This document shows positions 10,101 through 19,389 of a stretch of 64,000 bases of DNA, in pieces (position 1 is the first letter of the stretch; each line of letters begins with the position of its first letter). Location: the NCBI GenBank assembly GCA_964549965.1, contig CAZJXG010000002.1:1027-65026 (forward strand), read 5' to 3'. Below the pieces are notes generated by a model, which saw only the letters and a list, made by a program, of their open reading frames with translations, was not told the origin of the DNA and ran no database searches. The translations under genes were made by a program, and so were the position numbers. This DNA comes from an uncultured Sphingomonas sp. Lineage in GTDB: Bacteria; Pseudomonadota; Alphaproteobacteria; Sphingomonadales; Sphingomonadaceae.

Positions 10101-11439
10101 CGGCTACCATCATCCCGTCGATCCGTACCGTCGGGGCATCAACGGCGCGGCGGAAGACAAGATCCGAAGCGGGCGTCAGTTCGCGGAACATATCCTTCAG
10201 ATTGCCGGCGACCGTGATCTCGGCGACGGGCTCGCATATCTGGCCATCGCGGATCACGAAGCCCGAAGCCCCGCGGCTGTAATCGCCGGTGACGCCGTTG
10301 ACGCCCTGCCCGATCAGCTCGGTGACATAGACGCCCAGCTTGATGTCGGCGATCAGCTCCTCCGGTGAAAGCGACCCCGCCTCGAGATAGAGGTTGGTCA
10401 GCCCCGCGCCGGGCGGGCCGCCGACCCCCCGGGTGGCGTGGCCGGTCGGCTGGAGCCCCAGCTGGCGGGCCGAGGCGGAATCCATGATCCAGCCGGTCAG
10501 CACGCCATCGGCGATAATGTCGCGCGGCGCGGTCGGCAGCCCCTCACCATCGAAGGGCTTGGAACGCAGGCCGCGCGGACGGTGCGGATCGTCGCGCACG
10601 GTGATGCCGCTGGCGAAAACCTGTTCACCCAGGCTGTCGAGCAGGAAGCTGGTCCGCCGCGCCACCGCGGAGCCGGTGATCGCACCCGCCAGATGCCCCA
10701 GCAGACCCGAGCTGACGCGCGGATCATAGACGATCGGCATCGCCCCGCTCGACAGCTTGCCGGGGTTGAGCCGCCTGACGGCGCGCTCGCCCGCGCGCTT
10801 GCCGATCGCCACGGCGTCCTCCAGATCGCTCAGGTGTCGCGCGGAATGATAGGCATAGTCGCGCTGCATGCCGCCGCCTTCACCGGCAATCACGCTGGCC
10901 GAGCAGCCATAGCCGCTGGTCGAATAACCCCGCGCAAAGCCCGTGCTGGTGGCGAGCGCGATCACGCTGCGACTTGCCGAGGCGCCCGCGCCCTCGCTGT
11001 TGGTGACGCCGGGCACGGCCCGCGCCGCATCCTCCGCCGCCTCGCCGCGCGCCCGCAATGTCGCGGGCGAAGGATCGGCGCCGTCATCGCCCTGGACATC
11101 GACCGCGTCGCCGCGCAGCAGCCGGTCTTCGGGCGCGAGCCCGGCATAAGGGTCCTCGGGGGCCTCGCGGGCCATGGCCACCGCGCGCTCGACGAGTTGC
11201 GCCAGCGCATCGGCCGAGAGATCGGAGGAGGAAACGCTGGCCGAGCGGCTACCGACGAACAGCCGCAGGCCGATCTCCTCGCCCTCCGAGCGTTCGACAT
11301 CCTCGAGCGCGCCGAGGCGGATCGATATCTGGGTCGAATTGTTGCAGACATAGAGCGCGTCCGCCGCGTCGGCCCCGGCCTTGCGGGCGGCAGCGACAAG
11401 ATCGGCGGTACGGCTTTCGGCTTCGGAAAGGCTGAGCAT
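10093..11439 (-). CDS. pmbA: TldD/PmbA family metalloprotease PmbA
   Basis: 448 aa with typical PmbA N- and C-terminal domains (ISIRLGALEDVERSE... GVTGDYSRGASGF). Confidence 0.85.
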   Translation of the reverse strand: MLSLSEAESRTADLVAAARKAGADAADALYVCNNSTQISIRLGALEDVERSEGEEIGLRLFVGSRSASVSSSDLSADALAQLVERAVAMAREAPEDPYAGLAPEDRLLRGDAVDVQGDDGADPSPATLRARGEAAEDAARAVPGVTNSEGAGASASRSVIALATSTGFARGYSTSGYGCSASVIAGEGGGMQRDYAYHSARHLSDLEDAVAIGKRAGERAVRRLNPGKLSSGAMPIVYDPRVSSGLLGHLAGAITGSAVARRTSFLLDSLGEQVFASGITVRDDPHRPRGLRSKPFDGEGLPTAPRDIIADGVLTGWIMDSASARQLGLQPTGHATRGVGGPPGAGLTNLYLEAGSLSPEELIADIKLGVYVTELIGQGVNGVTGDYSRGASGFVIRDGQICEPVAEITVAGNLKDMFRELTPASDLVFRRAVDAPTVRIDGMMVAGA

Positions 11440-11488
11440 GTCGGCGACTTAGGTATCGAGTCCCCGAACGTCAAAGGGTAATGGTCCT

Positions 11489-12406
11489 TCAGGCGGTGCT
11501 GCCCACCACCAGACAGGCGAGAAACATCAGCAGCCCGGCGAAACGGTTCGACCGGAATTTCGCCAGGGCATCGGCGGGATCGGCAGTTCGCAACGCCGCC
11601 ACCTGCCATCCCAGGTGCAGGGCCATCGGCAGCAGGGCGAGGGTCGCGAGCCACTGTGGCCGCACCTGCCAGAAGGCGCCCGCCCAGCATGCCAGCGCCA
11701 CGACATAGCAAAACGCCACCCCGCTCCGCGCCCGAGGCCCCAGCGCTCGCGCCGAGGATTTGACTCCGGCCAGCGCATCATCCTCGATATCCTGCAGCGC
11801 ATAGATGGTGTCGTAGCCGATGACCCAGAACACCGATCCGGCGTAGAGCAGCCACAGCGCCGGCGCGAAGCCACCAGTCACCGCCGGCCAGCCCACCAGC
11901 GCCGCCCAGGAAAAGACCAGGCCGAGCCAGGCCTGCGGCCACCAGGTGATCCGCTTCATGAAGGGATAGGCCGCCACCGCACCCAGGCTGCCGATCGCGG
12001 TGATCGCGGCGACCCGATCGAGCTGGACCAATACCAGCAGCCCGATCAGGCACAGCAGCAGCAGCCACGCCCAGGCAGCCTTCAGGCTTACTCGGCCGCT
12101 CGCCAGCGGCCGCGCGGCCGTGCGGGCTACCTTGCGGTCAAGGTCGCGGTCGACAATGTCGTTATACACGCAGCCCGCGCCGCGCATCGCCACCGAACCG
12201 AGTGCGAACCAGAGCAGAAGATCCCATCGCGCCAGCGCCGCCCCGGCCAGAGCGATCGCCCAGGCACCCGGCCAGAACAGCAGCCAGCTGCCGATCGGCC
12301 GGTCGAAACGGGCGAGCAACCAATAAGGCCTGAGGCGATCGGGAAGGCGGCGCGCCAGCCCCTTCAACTCGCTGTCAGGCACGATGTCCTCGACTTCCTT
12401 CGCCAT
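11489..12406 (-). CDS. ubiA: 4-hydroxybenzoate polyprenyltransferase
   Basis: Multi-transmembrane UbiA prenyltransferase with motifs NDIVDRDLD and YALQDIEDD. The start is uncertain (12406 preferred; 12448 and 12496 are alternatives). Confidence 0.85.
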   Translation of the reverse strand: MAKEVEDIVPDSELKGLARRLPDRLRPYWLLARFDRPIGSWLLFWPGAWAIALAGAALARWDLLLWFALGSVAMRGAGCVYNDIVDRDLDRKVARTAARPLASGRVSLKAAWAWLLLLCLIGLLVLVQLDRVAAITAIGSLGAVAAYPFMKRITWWPQAWLGLVFSWAALVGWPAVTGGFAPALWLLYAGSVFWVIGYDTIYALQDIEDDALAGVKSSARALGPRARSGVAFCYVVALACWAGAFWQVRPQWLATLALLPMALHLGWQVAALRTADPADALAKFRSNRFAGLLMFLACLVVGSTA

Positions 12407-12446
12407 GAGCGGCAGGTAGGGGAAAATATCCCGCTTCGGAAGTCCC

Positions 12447-13187
12447 ATGGCCCAGACCCCTGCCTGGCCGCCCGCCAGCCTCACCCGCCTGTTCATCGAC
12501 CAGCCGCTCGCCGATGGCGTGACCCTGATGATCGAGGGCGGTCAGGCCCATTATCTGTCGGGCGTGATGCGGCTCAAGGCCGGCGACCATATCGCCCTGT
12601 TCGACGATATCAGCGGCGAATGGCGCGCCGGGATCGAACATGTCGCCAGGCGGCATGTCCAGCTGCGCATCGACGGCAAACTGCGCGAGCGCGAGGAGGT
12701 GCCCGACCTGTGGCTGCTCGCCGCGCCGATCAAGAAAGGCCGAATCGACTGGGTCGCCGAAAAGGCCTGCGAGCTTGGCGTAGCCCGGCTCCGGCCAGTG
12801 ATCACCCACCGCACCATCGTCGACAAGCTCAACCTCGGCCGATTGCGCGCGCATATGATCGAAGCCGCCGAACAGTGCGAGCGTACCGCGCTGCCAATCC
12901 TCGACGAGCCGGTAAAGCTCGCAGGGCTGCTGAAGGACTGGCCTGTGGACCGCGCCCTTATCTTCGCCGATGAGGAAGGCGGCGTGCCGATGGCGCAGGC
13001 CATACAGCCCGGTCCCTCTGCGATCCTGATCGGTCCCGAAGGCGGCTTCACCGACGAGGAGCGCGTTGCCATCAGGGCCATTCCTCAAGCCGTGGGCGTG
13101 TCGCTGGGGCCACGCATCCTGCGTGCCGACACAGCGATGGCAGCGGCGGTGGCGCTGTGGATGGGTCTGGCAGGCGATTGGCGGTAG
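12447..13187 (+). CDS. rsmE: 16S rRNA (uracil1498-N3)-methyltransferase
   Basis: 246 aa with an RsmE PUA-like N-terminus (HYLSGVMRLKAGD) and a SPOUT C-terminus (ILIGPEGGFTDEE). Confidence 0.85.
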   Translation: MAQTPAWPPASLTRLFIDQPLADGVTLMIEGGQAHYLSGVMRLKAGDHIALFDDISGEWRAGIEHVARRHVQLRIDGKLREREEVPDLWLLAAPIKKGRIDWVAEKACELGVARLRPVITHRTIVDKLNLGRLRAHMIEAAEQCERTALPILDEPVKLAGLLKDWPVDRALIFADEEGGVPMAQAIQPGPSAILIGPEGGFTDEERVAIRAIPQAVGVSLGPRILRADTAMAAAVALWMGLAGDWR

Positions 13188-13261
13188 ATTTCGGCTTGGG
13201 CACAGGATGATTGCATCGAGGCACTAGCCACGTACCGATCGGTCCGCTATGGGCGCGCTTC

Positions 13262-14632
13262 ATGAGCACCCGCAAGGCAGCCGACGGCGAAGATCCCCAG
13301 ATCGAATCGCGTGAGGACCTCATCTCGGTCTTCTCTGACGGCGAAAAGCCCAAGGATCGCTGGCGGATAGGTACCGAGCACGAGAAATTCGTGTTCTTCG
13401 AGGATTCGCACCGGGCGCCGTCCTATGAGGAACGGGGCGGCATCCACGCGCTGCTGATCGGCCTTACCAAATATGGCTGGAAGCCGGTGTACGAAGGCGA
13501 GAACATCATCGCTCTCGAAGGCGCCGACGGCAATGTCAGCCTGGAGCCTGCCGGACAGTTCGAACTGTCCGGCGCGCCGCTCGACAACCTGCACCAGACC
13601 TGTGCCGAAACCGGCCGCCACCTAGAACAGGTGAAGGCGATCGGCGATCAACTCGGCATCGGCTTCCTCGGCCTCGGCCTCTGGCCCGACAAGAGCCGCG
13701 AAGAGCTGCCGATCATGCCCAAGGGCCGATACGGCATCATGCTGCGCCATATGCCGCGGGTCGGCACCATGGGCCTCGACATGATGCTGCGCACCTGCAC
13801 CATCCAGACCAACCTCGATTATGCAAGCGAGGCGGACATGGTGCGCAAGTTCCGGCTGAGCCTCGCACTGCAGCCGCTCGCGACCGCGCTGTTCGCCAAC
13901 TCGCCCTTCCTCGACGGCAAGCCCAACGGCTTCCTCAGCTATCGCAGCCACATCTGGACCGACACCGATCCGCATCGCACCGGCATGCTGCCCTTCGTGT
14001 TCGAGGATGGCTTCGGCTATGAACGCTATGCCGACTATATGCTCGATGTGCCGATGTATTTCGCCTTCCGTGACGGTTATGTCGATGCGGCCGGCCTCAG
14101 CTTCCGGGACTTCCTGAAGGGCGAGCTTTCGGTGCTGCCGGGCGAGAAGCCGACGATCGCCGACTGGACCGATCACCTCTCGACCGCCTTCCCCGAGGTC
14201 CGACTCAAGAGCTTTCTGGAAATGCGCGGCGCCGATGGCGGCCCGCACAGCCGCATCTGTGCGTTGCCCGCTTTCTGGGTGGGCCTGCTCTATGACGACG
14301 CGGCGATGGATGCCGCCTGGGACCTGGTCAAGCACTGGACGATCGAGGACCATCACCGCATCCGCGCCGAGGTTCCCAGGCTTGGCCTGCGCGCCAAGGG
14401 ACCGCGCGGCCGGACCCTGCTCCAACTGGCCGGAACGGTGCTCGACATCGCCGCCGATGGGCTCCGGGCGCGGGCGCGGCTCAACGGAGCGGGCGACGAC
14501 GAGACCGGCTATCTGGCGCCGCTGCGCGAGATCGTCGCCAAGGGCAAGACCCCGGCGGAGCAGCTTCTCGATCTCTATCATGGCCCCTGGGGCGGCGATC
14601 TTTCGCGGGTCTATGCGGATGCCCGTTTCTGA
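13262..14632 (+). CDS. gshA: glutamate--cysteine ligase, plant/alphaproteobacterial type (GCS2 family)
   Basis: WRIGTEHEKF is present, with full-length similarity to type-2 GshA. Start taken at MSTRKAADG. Confidence 0.9.
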   Translation: MSTRKAADGEDPQIESREDLISVFSDGEKPKDRWRIGTEHEKFVFFEDSHRAPSYEERGGIHALLIGLTKYGWKPVYEGENIIALEGADGNVSLEPAGQFELSGAPLDNLHQTCAETGRHLEQVKAIGDQLGIGFLGLGLWPDKSREELPIMPKGRYGIMLRHMPRVGTMGLDMMLRTCTIQTNLDYASEADMVRKFRLSLALQPLATALFANSPFLDGKPNGFLSYRSHIWTDTDPHRTGMLPFVFEDGFGYERYADYMLDVPMYFAFRDGYVDAAGLSFRDFLKGELSVLPGEKPTIADWTDHLSTAFPEVRLKSFLEMRGADGGPHSRICALPAFWVGLLYDDAAMDAAWDLVKHWTIEDHHRIRAEVPRLGLRAKGPRGRTLLQLAGTVLDIAADGLRARARLNGAGDDETGYLAPLREIVAKGKTPAEQLLDLYHGPWGGDLSRVYADARF

Positions 14633-14662
14633 GACGCGGCAAAGCGTGACGTCTGTGCAACA

Positions 14663-14910
14663 GGTGCGGGGGAATCTCGTCACTGCAGAGATGGCGCGGT
14701 GCTTTTGATCAGCCGATGCTGGCTCCGCAGCATCCGATGCGATAGATCGGCTGCGCTGCGTCGGCAGGAGACACTCGCACCATAAGCGGGGCTCTTCGCG
14801 GGAGAGGTAATGCACCGGTGAAAGTCCGGTACGGCGTGCAGGACGTGGTGGCTGCGGTAAAATCGAGGATCCGGCACACGCCGATCCCGAGCCGGGAGAA
14901 AAACCGGACC
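14663..14910 (+). promoter_or_regulatory. candidate structured RNA with cobalamin-riboswitch-like motifs (unverified)
   Basis: GGTGCG(14663)...CGCACC(14781) closes a domain containing GGGAA, stem-loops and GGCAGGAGAC, which resembles the B12 box. Next come the CCGGTGAAAGTCCGG hairpin (14815-14829), GCTGCGGTAAAA and GAGCCGGGAGAAAAACCGG. The order and spacing of these elements do not fit the canonical riboswitch model cleanly. Confidence 0.25.
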
Positions 14911-15156
14911 GCAGTTCCGCTGCCACATGATGTCCAATCGCATCGATGCCGCCCCCGCTATTTGGTGAATCGCGCGTACATCTTGCTGCCCCGATCACGC
15001 AAAACTGCGCCGAATCCCTGGTCGATCATATGGAATGATGATCAACGCAGCCTTCACCAATCTCGCCAACCATAGGCAAACCCACTGTCGGTAACTTGGC
15101 CCCGTCGGATCGATGGGAGCATGACGATGGGCCTCGCCCTGGGACGCACGAACGGA

Positions 15157-15669
15157 ATGAAGCTTGCCGGTGCCCTGGCGCTCGCGCTGGCGTCGCCGCT
15201 GGTGCAGGGCGCGACCGGCCTCGGCAACAATATCGAGGAACGCCTCCTGGCCGGCCATAATCGCGAGCGGGCCAGCCTCGGCATCCCCCCGCTCGCCTGG
15301 AACGAGCTGCTGGAGCGAGATGCCCGGATCTATGCCGAGGAACTGACCCGGATCGGCCGTCTCGAACATTCGGTCGACGATCCGGGCGAGGTGGAGCCAC
15401 AGGGCGAAAATCTGTGGGCCGGCACCCATGGCTATTATGGCCCGGAACAGATGGTCGGCCTGTGGGTCGCCGAGAAGAAGGATTTCAAGCCGGGCATCTT
15501 CCCGAACAACAGCCTGAGCGGTGATCTTGAAAATGTCGCCCATTATACGCAGGTGATGTGGCGCAGCTCCCGTGCGGTCGGCTGCGCGGTGGCGCATGGC
15601 CGCGAGGATGACTTCCTGGTGTGCCGCTACAGCGAGGGCGGCAATGTGATCGGGGAAGAGCCCTTCTAA
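15157..15669 (+). CDS. secreted CAP/SCP/PR-1 domain protein
   Basis: Signal peptide MKLAGALALALASPLVQGA. CAP motifs HYTQVMW and CRYSEGGN are present. Confidence 0.8.
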   Translation: MKLAGALALALASPLVQGATGLGNNIEERLLAGHNRERASLGIPPLAWNELLERDARIYAEELTRIGRLEHSVDDPGEVEPQGENLWAGTHGYYGPEQMVGLWVAEKKDFKPGIFPNNSLSGDLENVAHYTQVMWRSSRAVGCAVAHGREDDFLVCRYSEGGNVIGEEPF

Positions 15670-15764
15670 GCTAAGCGCTCGACGGAAAGGCCGGCCCGCC
15701 GGTCAACGCCGGGGTGAAGATCGCCCTGCGATGCTCCCAAGGGCCGTCGCAGGGCGGGCCAGGA

Positions 15765-16274
15765 TCAGGCCTCGGCGGGATCACCTTCCGGCCGGCTGCC
15801 GTTCTTTTTGTAGGTCACACGGGCCACGCCCCCGATCAGGCCGAAGCCCAGCATCAGCTGCACCCAGGTCGACGGCTCCGGAACACCGGGCATGTCGTCG
15901 GTGGGCGGGGCGCCGACGGTAGGCGGCACGAAGATGGTTGGCGTCAGCGGCACCGAGGGATCGGGCGGCGGCGCTTCGGCGACCTGGATCGGCGGGCTGT
16001 CCATCGGTACCGGGGTCTGCTGCGGCAGGTTGGACAGCGCGAAAGGTGTAACGGTGGGGCAGGGCGTATCGGCCGAAGCCACCTGAACGCCCTCCTCTTC
16101 CGGCGTGGCGCGCACGCGCGTCTTCGGCTTCGCATATTGGCGCGGCTGGGTAGCCTTGTGCACCGCATCGCGGACCTGAGGAACGCCAAGGCTCAACGCC
16201 GTGGTACCCGCGACCGGGCAGACACAGGTCATCAGCAACTTGGCAGCTTTTGACGCAACTGCTTCCTTCAACAT
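15765..16274 (-). CDS. PEP-CTERM (PEPxxW-type) sorting-signal protein, Pro-rich
   Basis: The C-terminus carries VPEPSTW, a hydrophobic helix (VQLMLGFGLIGGVA), then a basic patch (RVTYKK). It is divergent from the adjacent exosortase gene. Confidence 0.75.
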   Translation of the reverse strand: MLKEAVASKAAKLLMTCVCPVAGTTALSLGVPQVRDAVHKATQPRQYAKPKTRVRATPEEEGVQVASADTPCPTVTPFALSNLPQQTPVPMDSPPIQVAEAPPPDPSVPLTPTIFVPPTVGAPPTDDMPGVPEPSTWVQLMLGFGLIGGVARVTYKKNGSRPEGDPAEA

Positions 16275-16461
16275 GAAGAACTACCCCACTACACCCCCAC
16301 GCAAATGCGTGCAGGCGGGATATAGCATATTTTCACGGCGACTACAAAATGGCGTTGGTAAACATGTGCAAAATCGCCGCCGCCTGCCGTCGCTACCCGC
16401 TGTTCCCCCGCCCGGCGATCCGCTATGGCCCTGTTGGAAGCGGCCAGACCGGCATCGCGAC

Positions 16462-17418
16462 ATGATGGTTGAGATTGGCGTAGATCCTTTGAGCGAACTG
16501 GCGCGGGACAGAACAGAACAGCGCGGCGGCCGCCCGGAGCGATACGGGCTGGCGGACCTCAAGCCGCTGGGCGAAGCACTGCGTCGGCACTGGCTGCTGG
16601 CGATCGGCGCCGCAGCGCTTGTCGGCCCCACCCTCTATGGTGTCGCCAGCCAGAGCTGGATTACGGAACAGGGCGCGCACGGCCCGATCGTGCTGGCAAC
16701 CGCACTATGGCTGTTCGCCCGCCGCTGGACCGAGGTACGCGCGCTCGCCCGGCCCGGCGACACCCGGATCGCGCTCGCCGGTTTCCTGATCGCTGCACCC
16801 ATCTATATCGTCGCACGCATCATCAACGTCATCGAGGTCGAAGGCTTCATGATGTATGCGCTGCTGCTGGTCGCGGCCTATTGGCTGATCGGCTGGCGGC
16901 CGATGCGCGCCATGTGGTTCCCGATCATCTACATGCTGTTCATCTTCCCGCCGCCCGACACGGTGGTGGCGATGGTGACACAACCGCTCAAGATCGCGAT
17001 CTCGCAGGCGGCGATCAATCTGCTCTATGCGCTGGGCTATCCGATCGCGGGATCGGGCGTAATGATCATCATCGGCCAGTATCAGCTGCTGATCGCGGCG
17101 GCCTGTGCGGGGCTCAACTCGCTGATCAGCCTCTCCGCGATCGGGCTTTTCTACATCTACATCCGCCATAATGCGAACTGGCGCTACGCAATGCTGCTGA
17201 TGCTGGCGATCGTGCCGGTCGCCGTGATGGCCAATTTCGTCCGGGTGCTCGCCCTGATCATGATCACCCACTATCTGGGCGACGAGGCCGCGCAGGGCTT
17301 CCTCCACACCTTCTCGGGGATCACGATGTTCCTCTTCTCGGTGCTCGGCATCTTCGCGGTCGATGCCGCCGCCTCGCCGCTGCGTCGCCGTCTTGCCCGC
17401 CGGGACCGGGCGGCATGA
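16462..17418 (+). CDS. exosortase (EpsH/Xrt family)
   Basis: Polytopic membrane protein with exosortase signatures AACAGLNSL (catalytic Cys) and ANFVRVLALIMITHY (Arg/His). Start taken at the in-frame MMVEIG. Confidence 0.85.
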   Translation: MMVEIGVDPLSELARDRTEQRGGRPERYGLADLKPLGEALRRHWLLAIGAAALVGPTLYGVASQSWITEQGAHGPIVLATALWLFARRWTEVRALARPGDTRIALAGFLIAAPIYIVARIINVIEVEGFMMYALLLVAAYWLIGWRPMRAMWFPIIYMLFIFPPPDTVVAMVTQPLKIAISQAAINLLYALGYPIAGSGVMIIIGQYQLLIAAACAGLNSLISLSAIGLFYIYIRHNANWRYAMLLMLAIVPVAVMANFVRVLALIMITHYLGDEAAQGFLHTFSGITMFLFSVLGIFAVDAAASPLRRRLARRDRAA

Positions 17419-18137
17419 GCGGCGATGACATGGATCACAAGCAGCTATCGCGGCGGTCGCTGATCGCGGGCGGGCTGCTCCTCGGCGCCGCCGGCATCGC
17501 CAATTCGCGGCGCCCCGACGAGCCGTTCAAGATGCTTCCGGAAAAGCGGCCCAAGCTGAACCCGCTCTTCCCGTGGAAGGTCGGCGACTGGGAATATCAG
17601 ACGAGCAGCGGTCTGGTCCTGCCGCCGCCCGACCAGCTCAGCGACCGGCTCTACAACGCGATCATCACACGCTATTACGCCTCACCCACCAACCTGCCGG
17701 TGATGATGCTCGTCGCCTATAATGGCGTGCAGGACGGCATGCTTCAGGTGCATCGTCCCGAAGTCTGCTACCCTGCGGCCGGCTATCAGGTCGAGCGCGA
17801 CCATTTCATCCCGCTCGATGCGGGCGGCGGCGTCGTGGTGCCGGGTCACTATCTGTCCGCGCGCAGCGTCAGCCGCCACGAACAGCTGATTTACTGGACC
17901 CGCATCGGCAACGAATTCCCGGTCCAGTGGTGGCGACAGCACTGGGCGGTGGCGAAGGAGAATTTGAAGGGCCGGGTCCCCGATGGGGTGCTGATCCGCT
18001 TCTCGACTGCGGCACCCGATGACGAAACCGCGATCCGGACGCTCAGGCGCTTCATAACACCGCTGTTCCAGGCGCTATCGCCAACCGCGCGGCGCCTGCT
18101 GTTCGGTGAGGCCGGGGCACCCGCCCCCAAGGCCTGA
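17415..18137 (+). CDS. exosortase-associated EpsI family protein
   Basis: Its start overlaps the exosortase stop by 4 nt. It has an N-terminal anchor and an EpsI-like periplasmic domain (VCYPAAGY). Confidence 0.75.
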   Translation: MSGDDMDHKQLSRRSLIAGGLLLGAAGIANSRRPDEPFKMLPEKRPKLNPLFPWKVGDWEYQTSSGLVLPPPDQLSDRLYNAIITRYYASPTNLPVMMLVAYNGVQDGMLQVHRPEVCYPAAGYQVERDHFIPLDAGGGVVVPGHYLSARSVSRHEQLIYWTRIGNEFPVQWWRQHWAVAKENLKGRVPDGVLIRFSTAAPDDETAIRTLRRFITPLFQALSPTARRLLFGEAGAPAPKA

Positions 18138-18145
18138 CCCGAGCT

Positions 18146-18415
18146 CTATTGCGACGGCTTGTCGAGCGGCCGCAGCACGATATGGACGAAGGCCAGCGTG
18201 CCGGCGATGATCGCGATGGCGAGCAGATGATAGGCAATGCCGCCGCCGCCGACCGCCTTGTTGCCGAAATAATTGGCAACCGCACAGCCAGCGGACGCCA
18301 GCAGATAATTGAGCATCGAGTCGCCCGGGGGGCGCTCTCCCGCTGATCGTTGCAGAAACAGAACGACGAGCCCCGCGAAGATGGCGACGGTGATCCAATC
18401 GTAAATTGTTTCCAA
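18146..18415 (-). CDS. small hydrophobic membrane protein (possible exosortase-system accessory)
   Basis: 89 aa with three predicted hydrophobic helices. Codon bias matches the genome. Function unknown. Confidence 0.45.
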   Translation of the reverse strand: METIYDWITVAIFAGLVVLFLQRSAGERPPGDSMLNYLLASAGCAVANYFGNKAVGGGGIAYHLLAIAIIAGTLAFVHIVLRPLDKPSQ

Positions 18416-18525
18416 ATCAACGCCCTCCCAGCCAGATTGGTGTCATACAGGCTTGTCGCCGGGGCTGGCAATCATGTAGCAGTTCATAGCGGCAAGTGTC
18501 ACACATGCGTCGGGGGAATAGAGAA

Positions 18526-19389
18526 GTGAAGGTAAAGACTGCACTTTTGGGCAGCGTCGTTGCTGCTGCCCTGCTCGTCGCGGGCTGCCACAGGGAACCC
18601 AAGGGTCAGATTCTCGCCATCGTCAATGGCGAGGAAATCTCGATGCAGGAGCTCAATGCCGAGCTTCAGGGCGCCCGCATACCCGATTCCGTCGATCGCA
18701 AGGTCCTGCGCAAGCAGGTTCTCCAGCGGCTGATCGACCGCAAGCTGATCGTCCAGAGGGCGCGGGAGCAGGGGCTGGACAAGACCCCGGAATTCATCGC
18801 CCAGCAGCGGCGGCTCGAGGAGAATCTCCTCGTCACACTGCTTGGCCAGAAGATCGCGGCGCAGGTGCCGATGCCCGATGATCGCGACATCACCCAGTAT
18901 ATCGCCGACAATCCCACCCAGTTCGGCGGCCGTGAGCGGCTGCTGCTCGACCAGATCCAGTTCGGCGCTCCGAAGGACGTCAAACAGCTGCTGACCCTGC
19001 GCGACGCGCACTCGCTCGAGGATCTTGCCGTGGGGATTCAGCGGCTCGGCCTGCCGATGACGCGCGGCAAGGGCGTGATCGATACCGGCCGGCTCGACCC
19101 GCAGCTGATCAAGGTGATCAACCAGCTGCCACCGGGCGAGCCTTTCGTATTGCCGTCCAACGGCCAATATGTAGCCAGCGTGATCGTCGGCCGCGACGCG
19201 ACCCCGACACCGACACCGGTTGCAAAGGCCGCCGCCGCCGAAATGGTTCGCCGCAAGGAACTGGTGTCGGAGAGCAAGGCCCAGGTCGCCCGAGCCCGTT
19301 CGACCGCCGAGATCCAGTATCAGCCGGGCTATGAGCCCGACAAGTCGGCGATCAAGGCGAGCCAGGCGAAGAAGCAAGCCGCCAAGTAA
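18526..19389 (+). CDS. EpsD-like peptidyl-prolyl isomerase / SurA-N lipoprotein of PEP-CTERM loci
   Basis: The GTG start at 18526 gives the lipoprotein signal MKVKTALLGSVVAAALLVAGC. SurA-N-like motif ILAIVNGEEIS is present. Confidence 0.7.
   Translation: MKVKTALLGSVVAAALLVAGCHREPKGQILAIVNGEEISMQELNAELQGARIPDSVDRKVLRKQVLQRLIDRKLIVQRAREQGLDKTPEFIAQQRRLEENLLVTLLGQKIAAQVPMPDDRDITQYIADNPTQFGGRERLLLDQIQFGAPKDVKQLLTLRDAHSLEDLAVGIQRLGLPMTRGKGVIDTGRLDPQLIKVINQLPPGEPFVLPSNGQYVASVIVGRDATPTPTPVAKAAAAEMVRRKELVSESKAQVARARSTAEIQYQPGYEPDKSAIKASQAKKQAAK

Noticed and set aside
14815-14829. GAAAGTCCGG string suggestive of RNase P RNA P4 region
   Set aside because: The surrounding sequence lacks the other universally conserved RNase P blocks (for example ACAGAGAGCA and AGGAAAGTCCGGGCTCC), so the match is only a short motif. 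It is kept as a riboswitch-like candidate instead.
13622-14998. 458-aa ORF antisense to gshA
   Set aside because: It lies entirely opposite a well-supported gene. Its composition is Arg/Ala/Gly-rich, typical of antisense frames in high-GC DNA, and it has no recognisable motifs.
14990-15075. Possible two-piece tmRNA tag reading frame (…NDDQRSLHQSRQP*) in the gshA-CAP spacer
   Set aside because: The putative tag does not end in the hydrophobic (L/V)AA typical of SsrA tags. No tRNA-Ala-like acceptor/T-arm (GGTTCGA...CCA) is nearby.
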